Assembly (NCBI RefSeq): GCF_009914755.1
Contig: NC_060930.1
Length of the DNA stretch: 64,000 bases
Reading direction: 5' to 3' (one strand)
Source: the human T2T-CHM13v2.0 reference genome, Homo sapiens
In this document: piece after piece, positions 13,670 to 25,602 of the stretch
How the letters are laid out: each line of letters opens with the position of its first letter
Position numbering within the stretch: the stretch's first letter is position 1
Made by a program: the position numbers and the translations under genes
The notes under the pieces: generated by a model
The model's input: the letters and a program-made list of their open reading frames with translations, nothing else
Told to the model about the DNA's origin: nothing
The model's database searches: none

Positions 13670-14219
13670 AGCCATGCGCCCCCCCCTTTTTTTTTTAAAA
13701 GTCGGCTGGTAGCGGGGAGGATCGCGGAGGCTTGGGGCAGCCGGGTAGCTCGGAGGTCGTGGCGCTGGGGGCTAGCACCAGCGCTCTGTCGGGAGGCGCA
13801 GCGGTTAGGTGGACCGGTCAGCGGACTCACCGGCCAGGGCGCTCGGTGCTGGAATTTGATATTCATTGATCCGGGTTTTATCCCTCTTCTTTTTTCTTAA
13901 ACATTTTTTTTTAAAACTGTATTGTTTCTCGTTTTAATTTATTTTTGCTTGCCATTCCCCACTTGAATCGGGCCGACGGCTTGGGGAGATTGCTCTACTT
14001 CCCCAAATCACTGTGGATTTTGGAAACCAGCAGAAAGAGGAAAGAGGTAGCAAGAGCTCCAGAGAGAAGTCGAGGAAGAGAGAGACGGGGTCAGAGAGAG
14101 CGCGCGGGCGTGCGAGCAGCGAAAGGGACAGGGGCAAAGTGAGTGACCTGCTTTTGGGGGTGACCGCCGGAGCGCGGCGTGAGCCCTCCCCCTTGGGATC
14201 CCGCAGCTGACCAGTCGCG

Positions 14220-14759
14220 CTGACGGACAGACAGACAGACACCGCCCCCAGCCCCAGCTACCACCTCCTCCCCGGCCGGCGGCGGACAGTGGACGCGGCG
14301 GCGAGCCGCGGGCAGGGGCCGGAGCCCGCGCCCGGAGGCGGGGTGGAGGGGGTCGGGGCTCGCGGCGTCGCACTGAAACTTTTCGTCCAACTTCTGGGCT
14401 GTTCTCGCTTCGGAGGAGCCGTGGTCCGCGCGGGGGAAGCCGAGCCGAGCGGAGCCGCGAGAAGTGCTAGCTCGGGCCGGGAGGAGCCGCAGCCGGAGGA
14501 GGGGGAGGAGGAAGAAGAGAAGGAAGAGGAGAGGGGGCCGCAGTGGCGACTCGGCGCTCGGAAGCCGGGCTCATGGACGGGTGAGGCGGCGGTGTGCGCA
14601 GACAGTGCTCCAGCCGCGCGCGCTCCCCAGGCCCTGGCCCGGGCCTCGGGCCGGGGAGGAAGAGTAGCTCGCCGAGGCGCCGAGGAGAGCGGGCCGCCCC
14701 ACAGCCCGAGCCGGAGAGGGAGCGCGAGCCGCGCCGGCCCCGGTCGGGCCTCCGAAACC
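14220..14759 (+). CDS. VEGFA: CUG-initiated 180-aa N-terminal extension (L-VEGF / N-VEGF)
   Basis: CTG at 14220 lies 540 nt upstream of and in frame with the ATG, with no stop; reads (M)TDRQTDTAPSPSYHLLPGRRRTVDAAAS...ASET; overlaps ORF-track 14289..14972. Confidence 0.93.
14495..14511 (+). promoter_or_regulatory. Two-tier RNA G-quadruplex motif in the 5'UTR IRES-A region
   Basis: GGAGGAGGGGGAGGAGG at +774..+790 from the TSS. Confidence 0.75.
14573..14584 (+). promoter_or_regulatory. uORF Met-Asp-Gly-stop in the 5'UTR
   Basis: ATG GAC GGG TGA, 187 nt upstream of the main ATG and out of frame with it. Confidence 0.85.
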
Positions 14760-14825
14760 ATGAACTTTCTGCTGTCTTGGGTGCATTGGAGCCTTGCCTT
14801 GCTGCTCTACCTCCACCATGCCAAG
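14760..14825 (+). CDS. VEGFA: VEGFA exon 1 coding part (signal peptide MNFLLSWVHWSLALLLYLHHAK)
   Basis: ATG at 14760 in context ACCATGA; donor AAG|gtaag. Confidence 0.99.
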
Positions 14826-15489
14826 GTAAGCGGTCGTGCCCTGCTGGCGCCGCGGGCCGCTGCGAGCGCCTCTCCCGGCTGGGGACGTGCGTGCGAGCGC
14901 GCGCGTGGGGGCTCCGTGCCCCACGCGGGTCCATGGGCACCAGGCGTGCGGCGTCCCCCTCTGTCGTCTTAGGTGCAGGGGGAGGGGGCGCGCGCGCTAG
15001 GTGGGAGGGTACCCGGAGAGAGGCTCACCGCCCACGCGGGCCCTGCCCACCCACCGGAGTCACCGCACGTACGATCTGGGCCGACCAGCCGAGGGCGGGA
15101 GCCGGAGGAGGAGGCCGAGGGGGCTGGGCTTGCGTTGCCGCTGCCGGCTGAAGTTTGCTCCCGGCCGCTGGTCCCGGACGAACTGGAAGTCTGAGCAGCG
15201 GGGGCGGGAGCCAGAGACCAGTGGGCAGGGGGTGCTCGGACCTTGGACCGCGGGAGGGCAGAGAGCGTGGAGGGGGCAGGGCGCAGGAGGGAGAGGGGGC
15301 TTGCTGTCACTGCCACTCGGTCTCTTCAGCCCTCGCCGCGAGTTTGGGAAAAGTTTTGGGGTGGATTGCTGCGGGGACCCCCCCTCCCTGCTGGGCCACC
15401 TGCGCCGCGCCAACCCCGCCCGTCCCCGCTCGCGTCCCGCTCGGTGCCCGCCCTCCCCCGCCCGGCCGGGTGCGCGCGGCGCGGAGCCG

Positions 15490-15498
15490 ATTACATCA
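15490..15498 (-). promoter_or_regulatory. C/EBP-ATF composite (ATF4 amino-acid response element) in intron 1
   Basis: ATTACATCA reads TGATGTAAT on the minus strand, matching TGATGnAAn. Confidence 0.7.
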
Positions 15499-17853
15499 GC
15501 CCGGGCCTGGCCGGCCGCGTGTTCCCGGAGCCTCGGCTGCCCGAATGGGGAGCCCAGAGTGGCGAGCGGCACCCCTCCCCCCGCCAGCCCTCCGCGGGAA
15601 GGTGACCTCTCGAGGTAGCCCCAGCCCGGGGATCCAGAGAACCATCCCTACCCCTTCCTACTGTCTCCAGACCCTACCTCTGCCCAGTGCTAGGAGGAAT
15701 TTCCTGACGCCCCTTCTCTTCACCCATTTCCTTTTTAGCCTGGAGAGAAGCCCCTGTCACCCCGCTTATTTTCATTTCTCTCTGCGGAGAAGATCCATCT
15801 AACCCCTTTCTGGCCCCAGAGTCCAGGGAAAGGATGATCACTGTCAGAAGTCGTGGCGCGGGAGCCCACTGGGCGCTTTGTCACATTCCACCGAAAGTCC
15901 CGACTTGGTGACAGTGTGCTTCCCTTCCCTCGCCAACAGTTCCGAGTGAGCTGTGCTTTAGCTCTCGTGGGGGTGGGTCAAGGGAGGATTTGAAGAGTCA
16001 TTGCCCCACTTTACCCTTTTGGAGAAATGGCTTGAAATTTGCTGTGACACGGGCAGCATGGGAATAGTCCTTCCTGAACCCTGGAAAGGAGCTCCTGCCA
16101 GCCTTGCACACACTTTGTCCTGGTGAAAGGCAGCCCTGGAGCAGGTGTTTTTTTGGAACTCCAAACCTGCCCACCCAACTTGCTTCTGAAAGGGACTCTA
16201 AAGGGTCCCTTTCCGCTCCTCTCTGACGCCTTCCCTCAGCCAGAATTCCCTTGGAGAGGAGGCAAGAGGAAAGCCATGGACAGGGGTCGCTGCTAACACC
16301 GCAAGTTCCTCAGACCCTGGCACAAAGGCCTTGGCTACAGGCCTCCAAGTAGGGAGGAGGGGGAGGAGTGGCTGCCTGGCCACAGTGTGACCTTCAGAGG
16401 CCCCCAGAGAAGGACACCTGGCCCCTGCCTGCCTAGAACCGCCCCTCCTGTGCTCCCTGGCCTTGGAAGGGGTATGAAATTTCCGTCCCCTTTCCTCCTT
16501 GGGGCCCAGGAGGAGTGGAGGGTCCCGGGAGAATATTGTCAGGGGGAAGGCAGGGGGTGTCATGGGAATGGGTGAGGGGGCTGAGGTGCAGAATCCAGGG
16601 GGTCCCTGCAGGAGCCGCAGTGGTAAGCTGTCCAGCTGGAAGCCTGGTAACTGTTGTTTTCTCTTGAGAGGGGCTTCCTGTGACCTTGGCTGTCTCTGGG
16701 AGCAGGGCTGGGGTACCTGAGTGGGGTGCATTTGGGGTGTGTGGGAAGGAGAGGGAAAGAAAGATGGACAGTGGGACTCTCCCCTAGCAGGGTCTGGTGT
16801 TCCGTAGGCTAGAGTGCCCCTCTGCTCTGCGAGTGCTGGGCGGGAGGGGAGTTGGTGAGAGCTGGAGACCCCCAGGAAGGGCTGGCAGAAGCCTTTCCTT
16901 TTGGGTGCTGTCAGGTCCGCATGTCTTGGCGTGTTGACCTTCACAGCTTCTGGCGAGGGGAGGAATGATCTGATGCGGGTGGGGAGGGTTAGAGGAGGCC
17001 TCAGGCCTAAGGTGGTGCAGGGGGCCCCCTAGGGGCTGGGCAGTGCCAAGGCATAAAAGCCTTCCCTGGTCCCTGGTGGCATTTGAAGGTGCCCAGGTGA
17101 GAGGGGCTTGGCACCTCCTCACCCTGGGAGGGAGAAGAAACCAGGGAACAGGTAGGAGTGGGAGACAGGTGAGGCTTTGGAAATCTATTGAGGCTCTGGA
17201 GAGATTTGTGTAGAGAGGAAAATGTGGTTCTCCCCCAGGGTCTCCTCCTGGGTTTTTACCCTCTAAGCAACCTGTGGGCATGCTGGGTTATTCCTAAGGA
17301 CTAGAAGAGCTTGGATGGGGGAGGGTGGTTGGTGCCCTTCGGTCCTCGGCACCCCCCTCCGTCTCCAACACCAGCTCACCCTGGTATTTGTCATGTCAGC
17401 AGGAGAAGGTCACCATGTTGTTTTTCTCGCCCCTAGTCCTTCCTTCCTGCCCCAGTCCAAATTTGTCCTCCTATTTGACCTTAATACTTACCATGGCTTT
17501 GGACCAGGGAACTAGGGGGATAGTGAGAGCAGGGAGAGGGAAGTGTGGGGAAGGTACAGGGGACCTCGACAGTGAAGCATTCTGGGGTTTTCCTCCTGCA
17601 TTTCGAGCTCCCCAGCCCCCAACATCTGGTTAGTCTTTAACTTCCTCGGGTTCATAACCATAGCAGTCCAGGAGTGGTGGGCATATTCTGTGCCCGTGGG
17701 GACCCCCGGTTGTGTCCTGTTCGACTCAGAAGACTTGGAGAAGCCAGAGGCTGTTGGTGGGAGGGAAGTGAGGAGGGAGGAGGGGCTGGGTGGCTGGGCC
17801 TGTGCACCCCAGCCCCTGCCCATGCCCATGCCTTGCTCTCTTTCTGTCCTCAG

Positions 17854-17905
17854 TGGTCCCAGGCTGCACCCATGGCAGAAGGAGGAGGGCAGAATCATCA
17901 CGAAG
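17854..17905 (+). CDS. VEGFA: VEGFA exon 2 (WSQAAPMAEGGGQNHHE)
   Basis: tcctcag|TGGTCC...CGAAG|gtgag, 52 nt. Confidence 0.99.
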
Positions 17906-20900
17906 GTGAGTCCCCCTGGCTGTTGGATGGGGTTCCCTGTCCTCTCAGGGGATGGGTGGATGGCCTAATTCCTTTTTCTTCAGAACTGTGGGGAGGAAGG
18001 GGAAGGGGCACAGGAATATAAGGATCAAGAAAGAAAGAGCTGGGCACCACGAGGTTCACCCTCAGTTTCGTGAGGACTCTCCGCTGTTCAGGTCTCTGCT
18101 AGAAGTAGGACTTGTTGCCTTTTTCTTCTGCTCTTTCCAGTAAAATTTTATTTGGAGAAGGAGTCGTGCGCACAGAGCAGGAAGACAGTGTTCAGGGATC
18201 CTAGGTGTTGGGGGAAGTGTCCCTTGTTTCCCCTAGCTCCCAGGGGAGAGTGGACATTTAGTGTCATTTCCTATATAGACATGTCCCATTTGTGGGAACT
18301 GTGACCCTTCCTGTGTGAGCTGGAGGCACAGAGGGCTCAGCCTAATGGGATCTCTCCTCCCTTCCCTGGTTTGCATTCCTTTGGGGGTGGAGAAAACCCC
18401 ATTTGACTATGTTCGGGTGCTGTGAACTTCCCTCCCAGGCCAGCAGAGGGCTGGCTGTAGCTCCCAGGCGCCCCGCCCCCCTGCCCAACCCCGAGTCCGC
18501 CTGCCTTTTGTTCCGTTGTGGTTTGGATCCTCCCATTTCTCTGGGGACACCCTGGCTCTCCCCACCACTGACTGTGGCCTGTGCTCTCCACCTCTGGGGA
18601 GGGAAGGCCCTGGGGTCTTCCTTCCCGCGAGTTTCCCTGACCTAAATCTGGCGTGGCTGGGTAGTGGCCAGCAGTGGTGATGCCCAGCCTGTTCTGCCTC
18701 CTCCTTCCCCACCCCAGGAGCCCTTTCCTTGGCCTAGGACCTGGCTTCTCAGCCACTGACCGGCCCCCTGCTTCCAGTGCGCCACTTACCCCTTCCAGCT
18801 TCCCAGTGGTCTCTGGTCTGGGAGAGGCAGGACAAAGGTCTTTGTTTGCTGGAGAAAAGGTTGTCTGCGATAAATAAGGAAAACCACGAAAGCCTGGTTG
18901 TTGGAGTGTACGTGTGTGCTCCCCCAGGCAGTGGAGGCCAGCCCTCCTTGGAGGGGCGGCTGCCTGATGAAGGATGCGGGTGAGGTTCCCCGCCTCCACC
19001 TCCCATGGGACTTGGGGATTCATTCCAAGGGGAAGCTTTTTGGGGGAATTCCTACCCCAGGTCTTTTTACCCTCAGTTACCAACCCCTTGCCCAGGCCAG
19101 ACCTTCCTGCTATCCCCTCCTGGGCCACAAGCCTGGCCCTCCTCTGTCCCAATTGTGATGAAGGGGCAGTTCAAAACTTCTTGATTAGTCATCTTCTCCC
19201 CTATCGACTTGGCTTTAAAAAATGACCTTTTCAGACTTCTAGTCTCGTTCACTCTTTTTGATGATGCTTTGCCGTAACCCTTCGTGGGTAGAGAAGGATT
19301 CTGTGCCCATTGGTGGTCTGGATAAAAGAAATAGAGACCTCACAGGAAGCAGTGGACTGGCCTGTTTCCCCACTGTTCTTTCTGTTTTCACACCTGTGGC
19401 CTTCTCCCCACCTTCTTCCCAATCAACCTATTGTGTACATAGCCCCCCTCATTGTCCTTTATTCTTCTGGAAAGCAGACCTTGGAGGGAGGAGTGAGGGG
19501 GAGGCTCAGCTGTGGTCTCTGGGGGGTGGGGGTTGGGAGCTGGGGTGGAAGTCCACGAAGCATACACTTAAGATGCTTTGGTGAAGTTCTAAACTTCATA
19601 TTACCCAGGCTGAAAAAAGAGCACTTGTTCCTAGGGCTGGAAATGGAAGCCAAAACACCACCTTTTTCAGCCTGTTTCAGCATCTTTAGAGATCAGCCCA
19701 ACCCACTTACACAGTTGAGCAGAGTTGGAGGCCTAGAGAGGGGAGGGACTGGCCCAAGGTCATACCAACTCATGGCCAGAGCCTGGGCCTCCTCACTGGC
19801 CAGGTGTTATTTCTTCCCTCTGGGTAGGGAACCTATTTCAGGGACAGGATTGCTATGTGGTAGTGGTGGTGGGGTGCGATAGGCGTGGCAGGCTGGGCCA
19901 CAATTTGGAGTAGTCATGCCAGAGTCCTGCATTTATTTATTCTCAAGGGCCCCGCCTCTGTGGCCCAGAATTACCCCTTCATGCTCCAGTGCACCCCAGG
20001 CTTCGTGGCCAGCCTGGGAAACTGTCTCTACCCTGGTCTCCCTTCAGATCAGCTTCTAGAAATGTTTCGTGGCTACAGTGGCAGCACTGTTTTTTCCATG
20101 ATGCAAGCAGTTTGCCCTCTTGGGCGGGGTTATCAGTGGCTGGCAGGGCTGGCACAGCGTGTCCGCCCACTGCCACCTGTGGGTTCCAGGAGGGCCCAGC
20201 CCCTGTGCTGATGCCCACCACCTTCTCAGCTCATGTCTGGGGAAGAGGACTGGCAGGGGGAAAGGTGCCTCCTCCTGAAAGGTGCCTCCTCTGTTTTTGC
20301 CTAATATAGGCTTGGGAACACTTTGATGTCAGCTAATTCTGACTCCTTTACTTACTAGCTGTGCGGCCTTGGGGCAACTTACTTAGCCTCTTTGAGCCTC
20401 CTGTTCCCCATCTGTAAAATGGAATCTCAATAGTGTCTAATAGTACCATGTGGAGAAACTTGTGTGAAATGATAGCTGTGGACTACTGTACACAGTACTC
20501 AGGATGTAGTAAGTGCTCAATAAACAGCTGTTGGTATGGTTGACGTTATGGTAGTGGTTGTGGGGAGGACGTAGGAAACTGGAGACTAGCTTGGCAAAGC
20601 TGGCTCTTCCTCCTTTTAGGGAAAGCTTAGAGCATCCCCATGGGGTATACCCATACTCAGACTGTCCTCTGGCATCGAGGTTGGCCCAGGATTCAGTTCA
20701 GCTGTCACAGTGAGGTGGCGGGATCAGATGTGGCAGGCCATGTCCCTTGGAACTTGAGTACATCGTGTGATCTCTGGAATGAAAACAGGCCTTCACCAGT
20801 GTTGATGGTGGAAAGCTTAGGGAAGTGCTTCAAACACAGTAGGAGGGACTTACGTTAGATTTTGGAAGGAATTGCCTGATTCGGAAGCTCCAAAGAGTGG

Positions 20901-20981
20901 CATTACAGAGCTGGGTGGAGAGAGGGGCTAGCCATCTTTTGTGTCGCCCACCGGGCTCATGTGTCATCGCCTCTCATGCAG

Positions 20982-21178
20982 TGGTGAAGTTCATGGATGT
21001 CTATCAGCGCAGCTACTGCCATCCAATCGAGACCCTGGTGGACATCTTCCAGGAGTACCCTGATGAGATCGAGTACATCTTCAAGCCATCCTGTGTGCCC
21101 CTGATGCGATGCGGGGGCTGCTGCAATGACGAGGGCCTGGAGTGTGTGCCCACTGAGGAGTCCAACATCACCATGCAG
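20982..21178 (+). CDS. VEGFA: VEGFA exon 3 (cystine-knot core [65 protein letters not shown])
   Basis: PDGF/VEGF signature [13 protein letters not shown]; catgcag|TGG...CAG|gtggg, 197 nt. Confidence 0.99.
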
Positions 21179-21972
21179 GTGGGCATCTTTGGGAAGTGGG
21201 GCAAGGGGGGGATAGGGAGGGGGGTAACACTTTGGGAACAGGTGGTCCCAGGTCGTTTCCTGGCTAGATTTGCCTTGTCTGGCTCCTGCCCCTGAGTTGC
21301 ACAGGGGAGGTATGGTGGGGTCTTGCCTTCTGTGGAGAAGATGCTTCATTCCCAGCCCAGGTTCCCAGCAAGCCCCAACCATCTCCTTCTCCCTGATGGT
21401 TGCCCATGGGCTCAGGAGGGGACAGATGGATGCCTGTGTCAGGAGCCCCTCTCTCCCTCTCTTGGAGAGAGTCCTGAGTGCCCCCCCTTCTTGGGGGCTT
21501 TGTTTGGGAAGCTGGATGAGCCTGGTCCATGGAGAGTTTAAAAAGTCTTTTGGTGTTACCTGGTAATGGGGCACATCTCAGCCCAGATAGGGTGGGAGGG
21601 AGCTGTGAAACACAGGGAGGGGGTTGCTTTCGGGTATCTACTAGGAGTCAGGGTGAAGCCTAGAGAGGATGAAAGAAGGGGAGGGGATGGGGAGTGGTAA
21701 GAACCTAGGATTTGAATTCCCAGCCTGGCCAACCCTTGCAGCCATGTCTTGGCCTCAAGTGGAACAAGGGCTCCTTGAGGCCAGCAGGGTTGGGGGAGTT
21801 GGGGTGGGCCTGAGCCTCTTTCCTGCTAGAGCTCTTGGTCCTCCCTGCCTCCACCACCCATCCCTGCTCTGCAGAACCCCTGGGTGCTGAGTGGCAGGAG
21901 CCCCAGGGTTGTCCCATCTGGGTATGGCTGGCTGGGTCACTAACCTCTGTGATCTGCTTCCTTCCTTTCCAG

Positions 21973-22049
21973 ATTATGCGGATCAAACCTCACCAAGGCC
22001 AGCACATAGGAGAGATGAGCTTCCTACAGCACAACAAATGTGAATGCAG
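21973..22049 (+). CDS. VEGFA: VEGFA exon 4 ([25 protein letters not shown])
   Basis: ttccag|ATT...GCAG|gtgag, 77 nt. Confidence 0.99.
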
Positions 22050-22401
22050 GTGAGGATGTAGTCACGGATTCATTATCAGCAAGTGGCTGCAGGGTGCCTG
22101 ATCTGTGCCAGGGTTAAGCATGCTGTACTTTTTGGCCCCCGTCCAGCTTCCCGCTATGTGACCTTTGGCATTTTACTTCAATGTGCCTCAGTTTCTACAT
22201 CTGTAAAATGGGCACAATAGTAGTATACTTCATAGCATTGTTATAATGATTAAACAAGTTATATATGAAAAGATTAAAACAGTGTTGCTCCATAATAAAT
22301 GCTGTTTTTACTGTGATTATTATTGTTGTTATCCCTATCATTATCATCACCATCTTAACCCTTCCCTGTTTTGCTCTTTTCTCTCTCCCTACCCATTGCA
22401 G

Positions 22402-22431
22402 ACCAAAGAAAGATAGAGCAAGACAAGAAAA
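22402..22431 (+). CDS. VEGFA: VEGFA exon 5 (PKKDRARQE)
   Basis: ttgcag|ACC...AAAA|gtaagt, 30 nt. Confidence 0.98.
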
Positions 22432-24246
22432 GTAAGTGGCCCTGACTTTAGCACTTCTCCCTCTCCATGGCCGGTTGTCTTGGTTTGGGGCTCTTGGCTA
22501 CCTCTGTTGGGGGCTCCCATAGCCTCCCTGGGTCAGGGACTTGGTCTTGTGGGGGACTTGTGGTGGCAGCAACAATGGGATGGAGCCAACTCCAGGATGA
22601 TGGCTCTAGGGCTAGTGAGAAAACATAGCCAGGAGCCTGGCACTTCCTTTGGAAGGGACAATGCCTTCTGGGTCTCCAGATCATTCCTGACCAGGACTTG
22701 CTGTTTCGGTGTGTCAGGGGGCACCGTGGACACTGGCTCACTGGCTTGCTCTAGGACACCCACAGTGGGGAGAGGGAGTGGGTGGCAGAGAGGCCAGCTT
22801 TTGTGTGTCAGAGGAAATGGCCTCTTTTGGTGGCTGCTGTGACGGTGCAGTTGGATGCGAGGCCGGCTGGAGGGTGGTTTCTCAGTGCATGCCCTCCTGT
22901 AGGCGGCAGGCGGCAGACACACAGCCCTCTTGGCCAGGGAGAAAAAGTTGAATGTTGGTCATTTTCAGAGGCTTGTGAGTGCTCCGTGTTAAGGGGCAGG
23001 TAGGATGGGGTGGGGGACAAGGTCTGGCGGCAGTAACCCTTCAAGACAGGGTGGGCGGCTGGCATCAGCAAGAGCTTGCAGGGAAAGAGAGACTGAGAGA
23101 GAGCACCTGTGCCCTGCCCTTTCCCCCACACCATCTTGTCTGCCTCTAGTGCTATGCGGACATTGAAGCCCCCACCAGGCCTCAACCCCTTGCCTCTTCC
23201 CTCAGCTCCCAGCTTCCAGAGCGAGAGGATGCGGAAACCTTCCTTCCACCCTTTGGTGCTTTCTCCTAAGGGGGACAGACTTGCCCTCTCTGGTCCCTTC
23301 TCCCCCTCCTTTCTTCCCTGTGACAGACATCCTGAGGTGTGTTCTCTTGGGCCTGGCAGGCATGGAGAGCTCTGGTTCTCTTGAAGGGGACAGGCTACAG
23401 CCTGCCCCCCTTCCTGTTTCCCCAAATGACTGCTCTGCCATGGGGAGAGTAGGGGGCTCGCCTGGGCTCGGAAGAGTGTCTGGTGAGATGGTGTAGCAGG
23501 CTTTGACAGGCTGGGGAGAGAACTCCCTGCCAAGTACCGCCCAAGCCTCTCCTCCCCAGACCTCCTTAACTCCCACCCCATCCTGCTGCCTGCCCAGGGC
23601 TCCAGGACACCCAGCCCTGCCTCCCAGTCCAGGTCGTGCTGAGCAGGCTGGTGTTGCTCTTGGTTCCGTGCCAGCTCCCAAGGTAGCCGCTTCCCCCACA
23701 CCGGGATTCCCAGAGGTTCTGTCGCAGTTGCAAATGAAGGCACAAGGTGCCTGATACACAGCCCTCCCTCCCACTCCTGCTCCCCATCCAGGCAGGTCTC
23801 TGACCTTCTCCCCAAAGTCTGGCCTACCTTTTATCACCCCCGGACCTTCAGGGTCAGACTTGGACAGGGCTGCTGGGCAAAGAGCCTTCCCTCAGGCTTT
23901 GCCCCCTGCCGGGGACTGGGAGCCACTGTGAGTGTGGAGACCTTTGGGTCCTGTGCCCTCCACCCAGTCTCGGCTTCCCACCAAAGCCTTGTCAGGGGCT
24001 GGGTTTGCCATCCCATGGTGGGCAGCGTGAGGAGAAGAAAGAGCCATCGAGTGCTTGCTGCCCAGACACGCCTGTGTGCGCCCGCGCATGCCTCCCCAGA
24101 GACCACCTGCCTCCTGACACTTCCTCCGGGAAGCAGCCCTGTGTGGCTTTGCTTTGGTCGTTCCCCCATCCCTGCCCACCTTACCACTTCTTTTACTCCC
24201 CCCACCGCCCCCGCTCGCTCTCTGTCTCTGTTTTTTTATTTTCCAG

Positions 24247-24369
24247 AAAATCAGTTCGAGGAAAGGGAAAGGGGCAAAAACGAAAGCGCAAGAAATCCCG
24301 GTATAAGTCCTGGAGCGTGTACGTTGGTGCCCGCTGCTGTCTAATGCCCTGGAGCCTCCCTGGCCCCCA
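24247..24369 (+). CDS. VEGFA: VEGFA alternative exon 6 (basic heparin-binding KSVRGKGKGQKRKRKKSRYKSWSV, plus 6b YVGARCCLMPWSLPGP)
   Basis: Acceptor ttccag at 24246. Three frame-preserving donors after 24300 (54 nt, gtataa; VEGF183), 24318 (72 nt, gtacgt; VEGF189) and 24369 (123 nt, gtacaa; VEGF206). Confidence 0.96.
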
Positions 24370-25470
24370 GTACAACCTCCGCCTGCCATTCCCTGTAACC
24401 CTGCCTCCCTCCCCTGGTCCCTCCCTGGCTCTCATCCTCCTGGCCCGTGTCTCTCTCTCACTCTCTCACTCCACTAATTGGCACCAACGGGTAGATTTGG
24501 TGGTGGCATTGCTGGTCCAGGGTTGGGGTGAATGGGGGTGCCGACTTGGCCTGGAGGATTAAGGGAGGGGACCCTGGCTTGGCTGGGCACCGATTTTCTC
24601 TCACCCACTGGGCACTGGTGGCGGGCCCATGTTGGCACAGGTGCCTGCTCACCCAACTGGTTTCCATTGCTCTAGGCTTCTGCACTCGTCTGGAAGCTGA
24701 GGGTGGTGGGGAGGGCAGACATGGCCCAAGAAGGGCTGTGAATGACTGGAGGCAGCTTGCTGAATGACTCCTTGGCTGAAGGAGGAGCTTGGGTGGGATC
24801 AGACACCATGTGGCGGCCTCCCTTCATCTGGTGGAAGTGCCCTGGCTCCTCACGGAGGTGGGGCCTCTGGAGGGGAGCCCCCTATTCTGGCCCAACCCAT
24901 GGCACCCACAGAGGCCTCCTTGCAGGGCAGCCTCTTCCTCCGGGTCGGAGGCTGTGGTGGGCCCTGCCCTGGGCCCTCTGGCCACCAGCGGCCTGGCCTG
25001 GGGACACTGCCTCCGGGCTTAGCCTCCCATCACACCCTACTTTAGCCCACCTTGGTGGAAGGGCCTGGACATGAGCCTTGCACGGGGAGAAGGTGGCCCC
25101 TGATTGCCATCCCCAGCAGGTGAAGAGTCAAGGCGTGCTCCGATGGGGGCAACAGCAGTTGGGTCCCTGTGGCCTGAGACTCACCCTTGTCTCCCAGAGA
25201 CACAGCATTGCCCCTTATGGCAGCCTCTCCCTGCACTCTCTGCCCGTCTGTGCCCGCCTCTTCCTGCGGCAGGTGTCCTAGCCAGTGCTGCCTCTTTCCG
25301 CCGCTCTCTCTGTCTTTTGCTGTAGCGCTCGGATCCTTCCAGGGCCTGGGGGCTGACCGGCTGGGTGGGGGTGCAGCTGCGGACATGTTAGGGGGTGTTG
25401 CATGGTGATTTTTTTTCTCTCTCTCTGCTGATGCTCTAGCTTAGATGTCTTTCCTTTTGCCTTTTTGCAG

Positions 25471-25602
25471 TCCCTGTGGGCCTTGCTCAGAGCGGAGAAA
25501 GCATTTGTTTGTACAAGATCCGCAGACGTGTAAATGTTCCTGCAAAAACACAGACTCGCGTTGCAAGGCGAGGCAGCTTGAGTTAAACGAACGTACTTGC
25601 AG
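25471..25602 (+). CDS. VEGFA: VEGFA exon 7 (heparin/neuropilin-binding [43 protein letters not shown])
   Basis: tttgcag|TCC...GCAG|gttggt, 132 nt. Confidence 0.99.

Larger units (their letters stand above)
13130..15620. promoter_or_regulatory. CpG island over the promoter, exon 1 and the start of intron 1
   Basis: Visibly high GC and CpG density compared with the CpG-depleted flanks; edges approximate. Confidence 0.9.

Noticed and set aside
11500-15000. Reported antisense/promoter lncRNAs of VEGFA
   Set aside because: Cannot be delimited from sequence alone.
13183-19152. Many overlapping 100-270-aa ORFs on both strands around the CpG island and introns 1-2
   Set aside because: Stop-codon depletion from high GC content; only the exon-containing frames match VEGFA.
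20260-20291. 17-bp tandem duplication GAAAGGTGCCTCCTC(CT) in intron 2
   Set aside because: Ordinary slippage-scale duplication with no evident function.
22808-23815. 335-aa antisense ORF in intron 5, the longest in the track
   Set aside because: Non-ATG start, low-complexity G/L/S/P composition and no recognisable domain; long stop-free frames are expected in GC-rich DNA.
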